Origin: Bacillota bacterium
GTDB taxonomy: Bacteria > Bacillota > Clostridia > TANB77 > CAG-508
Direction of reading: 5' to 3'
DNA: 64,000 nucleotides
Assembly: GCA_052036095.1 (NCBI GenBank)
Contig: JBPOHA010000056.1
Coordinates: 466-64,465 of the forward strand
How positions within the stretch are numbered: the stretch's first letter is position 1; each line of letters opens with the position of its first letter. The notes beneath the pieces were generated by a model. The model ran no database searches. It had not been told where the DNA came from and was given only the letters and a program-made list of their open reading frames with translations. Shown here in pieces: positions 1 through 9,069 of this stretch. A program made the position numbers and the translations under genes.

Positions 1-1111
1 TAAAACTCAAAAAAAGAGAGACACTAATTTTGAATTATTACGTATTTTAGCAATGCTTATGATAATTGTGCATCATTACAATGTATTTGGAGGAATTCTA
101 TATAATGCTGATAAAGTTATTGATTCACAAAGAATAGAGTATTATATTTTTTACTTTGCAGAGTATATATGCATAATTGCTGTAAATCTATACGTTATGA
201 TTTCAGGATATTACATGGTAAAATCTAAAATGAAAGTGAAAAAGATTGTGAAATTGGAACTTGAATTGCTTTTTTATTCAGTTTTAATTTATGCAATTTT
301 AGTATGGCAACATAAGATTGATTTCAACGCATCAGATTGTTTGTATACATTTTTCCCAGTTATTTCTAATCAATATTGGTTTATGACGGCATACATGGGA
401 TTGTATCTTCTAGTTCCATTTATTAATAAATTAGCAAATTCACTAAATAAAAAATCTTATGGATATTTGATAATAATATCAACTATTATTTTTTCAGTAG
501 TTAGAACAATTTTTCCAACAAATAATATATTGGAATCTAATGGTGGTTACAGCTTAACATGGTTTATATATTTATATTTATTAGCAGGATACATACACTT
601 ATATTTTGATAGAGATATAAAAAAATATAAATTAGCCATTATATTCTTTTTATTGATATTTGGAGAGATGGCTGTAAGGTTTTATTTACAAAAAAGTACA
701 GATAATTTTGATAAAATATGGGTAAAAACTTCTTTGAATTTCTCATTATTTTATAATCAGCTATTCATATTAATAGAAACTGTAATTGTATTTTTATTCT
801 TTAAAAATATTCACATAAAAAATGAAATAGCAAATAAAATGATTACAGTCATATCACCATTAACTCTTGGAGTTTATCTAATTCATGTTAACGAAAATTT
901 AAAATCTGTTTTATGGGAAAAAACATTAAGGATTCATGAATGTTTTGGCAGCCAAGAGATATTTAAAGTAGTAATATTAGGAACTATAACTATTTTTATA
1001 GTTTGCTGTGCAATTGATGCATGTAGAAGTTTATTATTTAAATTATTTGATAAAACTAAAATTGTTAAAAAGATTGATGAGAAGTTAGAAAAGATTAATA
1101 TTGATGTTTAA
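1..1111 (+). CDS. Acyltransferase family 3 (OafA-like) integral membrane protein. The frame is open to position 1, so it is probably 5'-partial; the first ATG is at 53.
   Basis: Multi-TM hydrophobic protein with acyltransferase-3-like composition. No in-frame stop between position 2 and the first ATG. Confidence 0.45.
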   Translation, partial: KTQKKRDTNFELLRILAMLMIIVHHYNVFGGILYNADKVIDSQRIEYYIFYFAEYICIIAVNLYVMISGYYMVKSKMKVKKIVKLELELLFYSVLIYAILVWQHKIDFNASDCLYTFFPVISNQYWFMTAYMGLYLLVPFINKLANSLNKKSYGYLIIISTIIFSVVRTIFPTNNILESNGGYSLTWFIYLYLLAGYIHLYFDRDIKKYKLAIIFFLLIFGEMAVRFYLQKSTDNFDKIWVKTSLNFSLFYNQLFILIETVIVFLFFKNIHIKNEIANKMITVISPLTLGVYLIHVNENLKSVLWEKTLRIHECFGSQEIFKVVILGTITIFIVCCAIDACRSLLFKLFDKTKIVKKIDEKLEKINIDV

Positions 1112-1269
1112 GAAATAATTGATGAGAGATTATTTATAGTAAATTGAAAAATCACTTGATTTATTTAGCAATATATGTTATTATAAAAGGAGCCTTTTAC
1201 TTAGTCTTAGGTAAGGAAACTCCGCTAAGGCCCAGTTAGAGGAAAATATTAATTAGGAGGTATGTCATT

Positions 1270-1536
1270 ATGATGACAAAGGAAAAGAAAGAAGAAGTAA
1301 TCAAATCTAACAGAAGAGATGAGAAGGACACTGGTTCTCCAGAAGTTCAAGTAGCTCTTTTAACAGAAAGAATCAATGAATTAACAGAACACTTAAAGGC
1401 TAATCCAAATGATAATCACTCAAGAAGAGGATTATTAAAAATGGTTGGTAGTAGAAAGAATTTATTAAACTACTTAGCTAAAAAAGATATTCAAAGATAT
1501 AGAGATTTAGTTGCAAAATTAGGATTAAGAAAATAG
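1270..1536 (+). CDS. rpsO: 30S ribosomal protein S15
   Basis: Motifs [41 protein letters not shown] are diagnostic of uS15. AGGAGG lies 11 nt upstream. Followed by an intrinsic terminator and pnp. Confidence 0.95.
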   Translation: MMTKEKKEEVIKSNRRDEKDTGSPEVQVALLTERINELTEHLKANPNDNHSRRGLLKMVGSRKNLLNYLAKKDIQRYRDLVAKLGLRK

Positions 1537-1548
1537 TAAAATTGATGG

Positions 1549-1580
1549 CGAACGTATTAATTATAATACGCTCGCTTTTA
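1549..1580 (+). terminator. rpsO intrinsic terminator (GCGAACGTATTA..TAATACGCTCGC + TTTT)
   Basis: 12-bp stem with one mismatch followed by a T-run, directly after the rpsO stop. Confidence 0.7.
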
Positions 1581-2038
1581 ATCATTATAATAATTAAGAT
1601 TTACTATTAAATTGTGTTTTTGATAAGAAATAAATTATTTTCAAAAGCAATTTAAATTTAGTAAAATGCAATTAGAATTTATTAAAAATAATTAAAGCTT
1701 ACTAAAGGTACAATTAAATTTACTATAAATAATTAAATGTGAATAAAATACAATATTTTATTTTATTTATATTGAAAAATGGTAATAATTGTATTATAGT
1801 ATATATAGTAATTGATTTATGCTAGTAGCTTGTATGATGTACTATGAATTAGTTAAATTATGAAAAAATTGAAATCAAAATAATCGATATAATTAATCAT
1901 TAAGATATTAGAAAGATAGTATAACATAGAGGTTACAACTAAGTCAGTTACGTAAATTTTAAAAATATGTAAAGCTATATAAATATTAAAGTTTAGTAAA
2001 AAATTATAATAGTATTTACATAAAAGAAAGGAAATTAT

Positions 2039-4165
2039 ATGTTTAAAGTTTATGAAACAGAGTTAGCTGGAAGAAAACTAACAATTGAATCAGGAAAATT
2101 TGCAAAACAAGCAAATGGAAGTGTTACAGTAAGATATGGAGATACAGTTGTAATGACTAATGTTACAGCTGCTAAAGAAGCCAAAACAGATGTTGACTTT
2201 TTCCCATTATCAGTTGATTATGAAGAAAAATTATATTCTGTTGGAAAAATACCAGGAAGCTTCAATAGAAGAGAAGGAAAACCTGCTGATAAGGCAATAT
2301 TAGTATCAAGAGCAATTGATAGACCAATAAGACCTTTATTCCCAGCAGATTTTAGAAATGATGTATGTATAGTTAATACTGTACTTTCAATGGATAAAGA
2401 TAACAGTCCAGAAGTATGTGCTAATATTGGTACATCAGCTGCACTTGCAATCTCAGACATTCCATGGGGAGGTCCAACAGCAGCAGTTCAAGTTGGATAT
2501 GTTGATGGAAAAATCGTTATCAATCCAACAGCAGAGGAAGAAAAAAATTCTAAATTACGTTTAACTGTTGCAGGTACAGAAGAAGCAATAGCTATGATTG
2601 AAGCAGGAGCTGATGAGATTCCTAATGATTTAATGTTAGAAGCAATTAAAGAAGCTCATGTTGAAATTAAAAAGGTTTGTAAATTTATATCTGATATTAA
2701 ATCAGAAATAGGAAAACCAAAATTTGAATATCAATCATTTTCAGTTAATCCAGATTTTTACAAAGTTGTATGTGAAAGATTAGAAGATGAAATGTACAAT
2801 GATGTTAAAGAAATAGATAAAGTTATAAGAAATAATAATGTTGAAGCAACAACAGAAAAGATAAAAGCAATAGCAGTTGAAATGTTTGGTGAAGATGCTG
2901 AAACAGAGCATGCATTTGATATAGCAACAGCTGTACATGATTTAGAGAAAAAATGTGTTAGAAAAATGATTTTAACAGAACATAAGAGACCAGACGGAAG
3001 AGCAATTGATGAAATAAGACCATTATCAGCAGAAGTTGGTTTATTACCAAGAGTTCATGGAAGTGCTTTATTCTCAAGAGGACAAACTCAAGTATTAACA
3101 GTAGCAACATTAGGAACAAAATCTGATGAGCAATTATTAGATGGTTTAGATGATGATACAGCAAAAAGATATATGCATCAATATAATTTCCCTTCATATA
3201 GTGTTGGAGAAGCTAGAGCTTCAAGAGGACCAGGAAGAAGAGAAATTGGACATGGAGCTTTAGCAGAAAGAGCTTTACTTCCAGTTATCCCATCTGAGGA
3301 AGAATTCCCATATACAATGAGACTTGTTTCAGAAGTATTAGAGTCAAATGGCTCAACTTCACAAGCTAGTATTTGTGGCAGTACATTAGCACTTATGGAT
3401 GCTGGTGTACCTATTAAAAAGCCAGTAGCAGGAATTTCAACTGGATTAATTACAGATTATGATCATCCAGAAAATTATATAGTATTAACTGATATACAAG
3501 ATATTGAAGATTTCTTCGGAGATATGGACTTTAAAGTTGGAGGAACTAAAGACGGAATAACTGCAATTCAAGTTGATACAAAAATCGGTGGATTAAGTTA
3601 TGAAATTATTAAAGAAGCTTTTGAAAAAACAAAGATAGCTCGTGATCATATAATTGATGATGTTATATTAAAAGCTATACCAGAGCCTAGAAAAGAACTT
3701 TCTAAATATGCTCCAAAGATTATTACAATGACTGTTCCAGTAGAGAAGATTAAAGATGTAATTGGTGCTGGTGGAAAAGTAATTAATAAGATTATTGAAG
3801 AAACTGGTGTAAAGATTGACATTGAAGAAGATGGAAGAGTATTTATTTATACTGAAGATATTGAAATGGCTAATAAAGCAAAGAAGATAATTGAAGGTTT
3901 AACTCGTGAAATAGTAGCTGGAGAAATATATGATGGTGTTGTTACTAGAATTACAACATTTGGTGCTTTTGTAGATATTGGAGGAGGAAAAGAAGGATTA
4001 CTTCACATCTCTAAGATATCAAGCAAGAGAGTTGAAAAGGTAGAAGATGTACTTTCAGTAGGAGATGAAGTTAGAGTTAAAGTTTCTGAAATCGATAGCC
4101 AAGGAAGAATAAATCTTAATATGAAAGATTTAGAAGCTAAAGAAACAGATGTAACTAGCAAATAA
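2039..4165 (+). CDS. pnp: Polynucleotide phosphorylase (PNPase)
   Basis: 708 aa with two RNase PH domains, KH and a C-terminal S1 domain (GAFVDIGGGKEGLLHISKIS). Classic rpsO-pnp arrangement with a roughly 500 nt leader. Confidence 0.97.
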   Translation: MFKVYETELAGRKLTIESGKFAKQANGSVTVRYGDTVVMTNVTAAKEAKTDVDFFPLSVDYEEKLYSVGKIPGSFNRREGKPADKAILVSRAIDRPIRPLFPADFRNDVCIVNTVLSMDKDNSPEVCANIGTSAALAISDIPWGGPTAAVQVGYVDGKIVINPTAEEEKNSKLRLTVAGTEEAIAMIEAGADEIPNDLMLEAIKEAHVEIKKVCKFISDIKSEIGKPKFEYQSFSVNPDFYKVVCERLEDEMYNDVKEIDKVIRNNNVEATTEKIKAIAVEMFGEDAETEHAFDIATAVHDLEKKCVRKMILTEHKRPDGRAIDEIRPLSAEVGLLPRVHGSALFSRGQTQVLTVATLGTKSDEQLLDGLDDDTAKRYMHQYNFPSYSVGEARASRGPGRREIGHGALAERALLPVIPSEEEFPYTMRLVSEVLESNGSTSQASICGSTLALMDAGVPIKKPVAGISTGLITDYDHPENYIVLTDIQDIEDFFGDMDFKVGGTKDGITAIQVDTKIGGLSYEIIKEAFEKTKIARDHIIDDVILKAIPEPRKELSKYAPKIITMTVPVEKIKDVIGAGGKVINKIIEETGVKIDIEEDGRVFIYTEDIEMANKAKKIIEGLTREIVAGEIYDGVVTRITTFGAFVDIGGGKEGLLHISKISSKRVEKVEDVLSVGDEVRVKVSEIDSQGRINLNMKDLEAKETDVTSK

Positions 4166-4291
4166 AATTTGGATTATTAACTTTCCTGACAAAGATGTGT
4201 TAGTAACTTCAAATGATGATTATTTTAATACTTGAATTTACTTTTACAATTCACAACCTACAATTACAAAAGTAAATATTTACAATAAGTA

Positions 4292-4320
4292 TTGCAAAAA
4301 GAAAACAGATACTGTAAAAT
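4292..4320 (+). promoter_or_regulatory. Sigma-A type promoter: TTGCAA, 17-nt spacer, TAAAAT
   Basis: Near-consensus -35/-10 with 17-nt spacing. The same 39-nt core GTATTGCAAAAAGAAAACAGATACTGTAAAAT recurs at 59042-59070, and its 5' half at 25366-25389. Confidence 0.6.
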
Positions 4321-4568
4321 AAAAATGTATTAAATCTCTATATAAAAAATATAAAGATGAAATACAACAAGAGAAAAATGATATAGAGAGGAATACAAGA
4401 AGAAAAAACAAAAGTATGCTAAAAAAGAATATAAAAAGTAAAAAGAAGTATACAATAAGCAAAATAACACAAAAAGAAAAAGCAAAAGTAGTGTAAAACA
4501 AAAAGTAAAAAGGCAGAAAAGTAAAAGAAACGAAAAGTTTAACACTAAAAATGAAAGGAGAATATCAA

Positions 4569-5768
4569 ATGAAAAGGATTATAAAAAATGTAAAAGGTAT
4601 CACATTAATAGCTCTTGTTGTAACAATAATAGTATTATTGATATTAGCAGGAGTATCAATCAATATAGCATTTAACACTGGAATAATAAGCAAATCAAAA
4701 AATGCAACAACAAAATATCAAGAAGCAACAGCAAATGAAACAAATAGCTTAAATGAAATAGAAAGTGAAGTAGATAAATTATCAAAAGGAGATAGCAACA
4801 AAATACCAACAGCAGATTTGGGAACATCAAAAAAAGCAAAAACAGTATTTACAACTAAAACAGATGTAACAGATGCATTAGGAAACAAAGCAAGAATTCC
4901 AGTAGGATTTAAGATAGCAGATGATTCAGCAGAAACAATACCAGGAGGAGTAGTAATAGAAGATGTAAGTGCTGGAGATAGCACATCAGTAGGAAATCAA
5001 TTTGTATGGATACCAGTAGGAAAAGAAATAAAAAGTGCAACAGAAACTGTAGATATAGCATTAGGAAGATATAGTTTTGATAGTAATGGAAATGCAACAG
5101 CATGTACAAATACAAGTTATGTAGAAGAAACTGCAACAGAACATAAAACAAGTGGAGATGGAAATACAATAGCAAAAGATATAGAAAAATTTAAACAAAG
5201 TGTATCAGATAATGGAGGATATTATCTAGCAAGATATGAAGCAGGAGTGACAGGATATGATTCTACAGTATCAACAGGCAATAGTAGTGGTGCAGCAAGT
5301 TGGACAGGATATGCAAATGGAAAGCTAACAATAAAATCAAATCAACAAGTATGGAATTATATAACACAAAATAAAGCAGCAGATATAGCAAGAAATATGT
5401 ATAGTGCAAATGTAACAAGTGATTTAGTAAATAGTTATGCATGGGATACAGCAATAGTATATATAGAGAAATGTGGAACAAATGCAAATTATGCAAATCA
5501 AATAGGAAAAGCAACTGATAACAATTTAGCAAATACAGGAATGACTAAATTAAAATCAACAAGTGCAATAGATGCACAATGCAATATATACGATATGGCA
5601 GGAAGTGTATATGAATGGACTACGGAGTCTGGCTCTAACACCCTCTATCGTTGCGTCATTCGTGGAGGCGTTTACTACGACAGCAACTACTTTTCGGCTA
5701 GTCGTAGCGGCGGCGATACGAGCTTTGCTTACGTAAGCATTGGTTTTCGTCCACTTTTATACTTGTAG
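4569..5768 (+). CDS. Pilin-like N-terminus plus C-terminal FGE-sulfatase (SUMF1/C-type-lectin-like) domain protein, paralog 1. The ORF track starts at 4551; the ATG at 4569 is better placed behind GGAG.
   Basis: N-terminus MKRIIKNVKG/ITLIALVVTIIVLLILAGVS resembles a class III (prepilin) signal peptide with E5 replaced by A. C-terminal motifs GRYEAG, SYAWDTA, GSVYEWT, RGGVYYD and a terminal IGFRPLLYL are typical of the FGE-sulfatase fold. Confidence 0.6.
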   Translation: MKRIIKNVKGITLIALVVTIIVLLILAGVSINIAFNTGIISKSKNATTKYQEATANETNSLNEIESEVDKLSKGDSNKIPTADLGTSKKAKTVFTTKTDVTDALGNKARIPVGFKIADDSAETIPGGVVIEDVSAGDSTSVGNQFVWIPVGKEIKSATETVDIALGRYSFDSNGNATACTNTSYVEETATEHKTSGDGNTIAKDIEKFKQSVSDNGGYYLARYEAGVTGYDSTVSTGNSSGAASWTGYANGKLTIKSNQQVWNYITQNKAADIARNMYSANVTSDLVNSYAWDTAIVYIEKCGTNANYANQIGKATDNNLANTGMTKLKSTSAIDAQCNIYDMAGSVYEWTTESGSNTLYRCVIRGGVYYDSNYFSASRSGGDTSFAYVSIGFRPLLYL

Positions 5769-6002
5769 CGCTGAGTCCTGATAATACAATATCGGGAAAT
5801 AGAATTAATAAAGAAAATCGTATGGCTTCCAAAGAGAAGAAGGTAGGAAGAGAATGAGTTCACAGCACCAAAAGATAAGAACCAGTTTAAAAAAATCACA
5901 AGATAAGCAAGAAAATTTTAATATACCTATTGACATTTTAAAAAAATAGTAATCTTAAAAATGTTATACATTTGAAATAAATAAATAAAAAAATATATAT
6001 GA

Positions 6003-6036
6003 AGCTCTGCAATTACTTAAGTTGCAGAGCTTTTAC
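6003..6036. terminator. Bidirectional intrinsic terminator (AGCTCTGCAA..TTGCAGAGCT)
   Basis: 10-bp perfect stem, with a T-run on the + side and an A-run upstream. Confidence 0.6.
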
Positions 6037-6304
6037 CTTATATTGCAAATAGTTTACAAAAACACAAATAGTTCACAAAATGGACATAAAAGAACTTATT
6101 ATGTAACTTATAACTTACAAAATTCGACAAAAAATAAAACTGTGGATAATGTGGATAACTCTGTGAATAACTTTTATTAGTACATTTCACAAAGACGAAT
6201 ATTAAGCAAAAAATAATTGAATAGTTATTATGGAAAGTAATCAAAAAAGTTAAAATATTATGTAAAACAATTATTAAAATATCAAATCATAATATATTAA
6301 AGAA

Positions 6305-6336
6305 AAAATTCTGATGTTTTACATCAGAATTTTTTA
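6305..6336. terminator. Bidirectional intrinsic terminator (AAAATTCTGATG..CATCAGAATTTT)
   Basis: 12-bp perfect stem flanked by an A-run and a T-run. It lies 36 nt downstream (minus strand) of the stop of small ORF 6372-6488. Confidence 0.7.
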
Positions 6337-6371
6337 CTATAAACAATAATTTCGATTATGGTGTGCTAAAA

Positions 6372-6488
6372 TTAGCAACCTCCAAATCCAAATCCTTTGC
6401 CTCCGCCGCAGCAACAGCAGATTAATAATAATACTATTATTATACAGCAACAGTCATTGTCTCTTCCACCGCATCTATTTTCTGGCAT
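6372..6488 (-). CDS. Unannotated 38-aa Cys/Gly-rich hydrophobic peptide (MPENRCGGRDNDCCCIIIVLLLICCCCGGGKGFGFGGC)
   Basis: Manual minus-strand translation. AGGAGG lies 8 nt upstream of the ATG, on the complement of 6497-6502. It is below the 60-aa cutoff of the ORF track. TAA stop at 6372-6374. Confidence 0.55.
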   Translation of the reverse strand: MPENRCGGRDNDCCCIIIVLLLICCCCGGGKGFGFGGC

Positions 6489-6538
6489 ATAAATCCCTCC
6501 TTTCTATGGATAAAAATTATGGTTTTTGCAAATCTTAA

Positions 6539-6673
6539 TTAGCAGTTTCCATCGTTTCCACAACATGGTTGTGGTGTTGGCATACAGTCATCATGGCCAC
6601 ATCCGCATCCACAGCAGCATATCAAAACGATAAGGATAATAAACCATAACATTTCGCTGTTTGAACCTCTCAT
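6539..6673 (-). CDS. Unannotated 44-aa Cys/Gly-rich hydrophobic peptide (MRGSNSEMLWFIILIVLICCCGCGCGHDDCMPTPQPCCGNDGNC)
   Basis: Manual minus-strand translation. AGGAGG (complement of 6681-6686) lies 7 nt upstream of the ATG at 6673. Tandem with the 6372-6488 ORF, with a 50-nt spacer carrying the second SD. Confidence 0.55.
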   Translation of the reverse strand: MRGSNSEMLWFIILIVLICCCGCGCGHDDCMPTPQPCCGNDGNC

Positions 6674-6764
6674 TGCAATACCTCCTCTTAAGATTTCTAA
6701 ATCTTTTGTATGATATATACTATTCTAAATACTCATATTTGGTTACATATCTTATAAAAAATAC

Positions 6765-6793
6765 TTGAAAATGAAAAATTGCTATGGTATTAT
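6765..6793 (+). promoter_or_regulatory. Sigma-A promoter for mutL: TTGAAA, 17 nt, TGgTATTAT (extended -10)
   Basis: Hexamers at 6765-6770 and 6788-6793 with a TG at -15/-14, 45 nt upstream of the mutL ATG. Confidence 0.5.
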
Positions 6794-6837
6794 ATTATTG
6801 AAATATAACATATTTATAAAAGTGAAAGGAACTTAAA

Positions 6838-9069
6838 ATGGGCAAAATTGTATTATTAGATGATTTAACTATAAATCAAATTGCTGCTGGAGAAGTTATT
6901 GAGAGACCAGCATCTGCAGTAAAAGAACTAGTAGAAAACTCGATAGATGCAGGAGCAAAAAATATATCAATAGATATAAAAAATGGTGGAATATCATATA
7001 TACGAATTACAGACGATGGTTCTGGAATCTTAAAAGACGATATGGAAATTGCTTTTGAAAGGCATGCTACAAGCAAAATTAGGAAAGCTGACGATTTAGA
7101 CACAGTTAAATCGATGGGGTTCAGAGGTGAGGCTTTAGCGAGTATTGCAGCAATTGCAAAAGTTGAAATGACATCAAAAGCATTAGGACAAGAAAATGGA
7201 TATACAATTTGCTTAGAAGGCGGAAACATAACTGATCAACATGAAGATGGCTGTGCACAAGGGACAAGTATTACAATAAGAGAGCTATTTTATAATACGC
7301 CAGTTAGATACAAGTTTTTAAAAAAAGATTTTACAGAAACAGGTTATATAGAAGAAACTATTCAAAGAATAGCACTTGCAAATCCTTCAGTTGCTATAAA
7401 ATTAGTTGATACTGGAAAAGTTACATTACAAACAACTGGAAATGGAAAGCTAGAAGATGCTATTTATGCAGTATTTGGTAAAGAAATTACAGAAAATGTA
7501 TTACCAGTAGATTATTCTTACGAAGATTTACATATAAATGGTGTTATTGGAAAACCAATAATTTCACGTTCAAATAGAACAAATCAATTATTCTATGTAA
7601 ATCATAGATTTATCAAAGACAAAACGTTAACTAGCGCAGCAGAGCAGGGATTTAAAGGATTAGTTACAATAGGAAAGCATGGATTTTTAATATTAAATAT
7701 TGATATGGATCCAAAGAAAGTTGATGTAAATGTACACCCAACAAAGCTTGAAGTAAGATTTGAGGAAGAATCTAAAGTTTTCAAGGCAGTATATCATGCA
7801 ATAAAAGAAACTTTACTTAAATCAGACTTAATTTCAAGTCCTGATAAAGATTATAGTGAGTTAACTCCAAATGACATTTTAAGAGATATTAGAAATAACT
7901 CAATAACGAATAATGCAAGGATAAAAGCTTGGGGAATTCAAAAAGCAGAAGAACCTTCTTCTAGTAGCAAAATAATTGAAAAAGAAAATCCAAAAGAAAA
8001 TGAAGAATCTATAAAAGAAAAAGAAGAACTTAATGAGGATTTTGTTGATGCGCAAGATATAATAAAAGAAGATATTGCAAAACATGTACAAGAAATGAAC
8101 AAAATTGACAATGTAACTCCTTTAAAAAATTCTTTAGATACAGATAAATTAGAAGTTTCAGCAGACAAAGAAAATATAGACAATGTAAAAGAAAATGTAG
8201 AAGAAAATGTAGAAGAAGAAGAAAATAATGAAATATCAAATCAAAATAGCAGTGAAGAAAATGTAACTACTAACAAAAATATTAGTGAAGAAAATCAAGT
8301 TTCTAATATAAGTGGTATTGAAGAGAAAGAGCCTTCTTTTGAAGAAATGTATCATAAGCTTTTTGGAAGAGATATAGAAGATGCTAAAAAAGAATATGAA
8401 GAAAAATTAAAAGAAGATGAGGAAAAATATCCTATACAACCTATATCAAATAATGAAGTATCAATGTTTGAAAAAGAAGGAGTAGATAAAAATCCACCTT
8501 ATCAATTTGTTGGAATAGCATTTAAAACATATATTATTTTGACTATAAAAGATGAATTATATATATTAGATCAACACGCAGCTCATGAAAGAATTATGTA
8601 TGAAAAAGTAAAAGAAAATTATTATAGCAAAACAGATAAAGATTCTCAATTGATGTTAATACCAGACATAATTAACTTAAACAATAAAGAAATGGGAATA
8701 TTTAGAGATAATAAAGAAATGTTTAATGAAGCAGGATTTATAGTAGATGAGTTTGGTGAAAATACCGTAAAATTAACTGGAGTTCCAGAATTTTGCTTAG
8801 AATTTGATACTAAAGAAATATTTTTGGAAACATTAGATGAGATAGATACTGTTGCAAGAACTGCAAAACAAGAAATCGAAGATAAATTTTTAGCAACTGT
8901 AGCATGCAAGGCAGCTGTTAAAGCACATATGGCATTATCTAAAGAAGAAGTTGACAGTTTAATGAAACAATTGCTAAGACTTCCAAATCCATTTAGTTGC
9001 CCACATGGAAGGCCTACAGTAATTAAAATGACAAAGAATGATATTGAAAAGAAATTCTCAAGGAGATAA
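6838..9069 (+). CDS. mutL: DNA mismatch repair protein MutL, with a roughly 200-aa acidic/Asn-rich low-complexity linker
   Basis: N-terminal GHKL ATPase motifs (IAAGEVIERPASAVKELVENSIDAGA, DDGSGI). C-terminal dimerisation domain with QHAAHERI. Confidence 0.95.
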   Translation: MGKIVLLDDLTINQIAAGEVIERPASAVKELVENSIDAGAKNISIDIKNGGISYIRITDDGSGILKDDMEIAFERHATSKIRKADDLDTVKSMGFRGEALASIAAIAKVEMTSKALGQENGYTICLEGGNITDQHEDGCAQGTSITIRELFYNTPVRYKFLKKDFTETGYIEETIQRIALANPSVAIKLVDTGKVTLQTTGNGKLEDAIYAVFGKEITENVLPVDYSYEDLHINGVIGKPIISRSNRTNQLFYVNHRFIKDKTLTSAAEQGFKGLVTIGKHGFLILNIDMDPKKVDVNVHPTKLEVRFEEESKVFKAVYHAIKETLLKSDLISSPDKDYSELTPNDILRDIRNNSITNNARIKAWGIQKAEEPSSSSKIIEKENPKENEESIKEKEELNEDFVDAQDIIKEDIAKHVQEMNKIDNVTPLKNSLDTDKLEVSADKENIDNVKENVEENVEEEENNEISNQNSSEENVTTNKNISEENQVSNISGIEEKEPSFEEMYHKLFGRDIEDAKKEYEEKLKEDEEKYPIQPISNNEVSMFEKEGVDKNPPYQFVGIAFKTYIILTIKDELYILDQHAAHERIMYEKVKENYYSKTDKDSQLMLIPDIINLNNKEMGIFRDNKEMFNEAGFIVDEFGENTVKLTGVPEFCLEFDTKEIFLETLDEIDTVARTAKQEIEDKFLATVACKAAVKAHMALSKEEVDSLMKQLLRLPNPFSCPHGRPTVIKMTKNDIEKKFSRR

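Noticed and set aside
2218-3197. Minus-strand ORFs 2218-2460 and 2958-3197 inside pnp
   Set aside because: They are antisense to a confidently identified PNPase gene, have low-complexity translations and no SD. Shadow ORFs.
4280-4545. Minus-strand ORFs 4280-4501 and 4330-4545 (poly-Phe/Leu)
   Set aside because: They are the complement of the polypurine leader, composed almost entirely of TTY/CTY codons. A compositional artefact.
4718-5532. Minus-strand ORFs 4718-4984, 4909-5175 and 5263-5532
   Set aside because: Antisense to the FGE-domain gene, with repetitive His/Leu-rich low-complexity translations from the complement of GAA/GCA-rich codons.
5855-5950. Small ORF MSSQHQKIRTSLKKSQDKQENFNIPIDILKK in the conserved 3' element
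   Set aside because: The second copy at 25537 diverges immediately after MSSQ(Y/H)QK and a 1-nt indel upstream breaks frame conservation. More likely non-coding.
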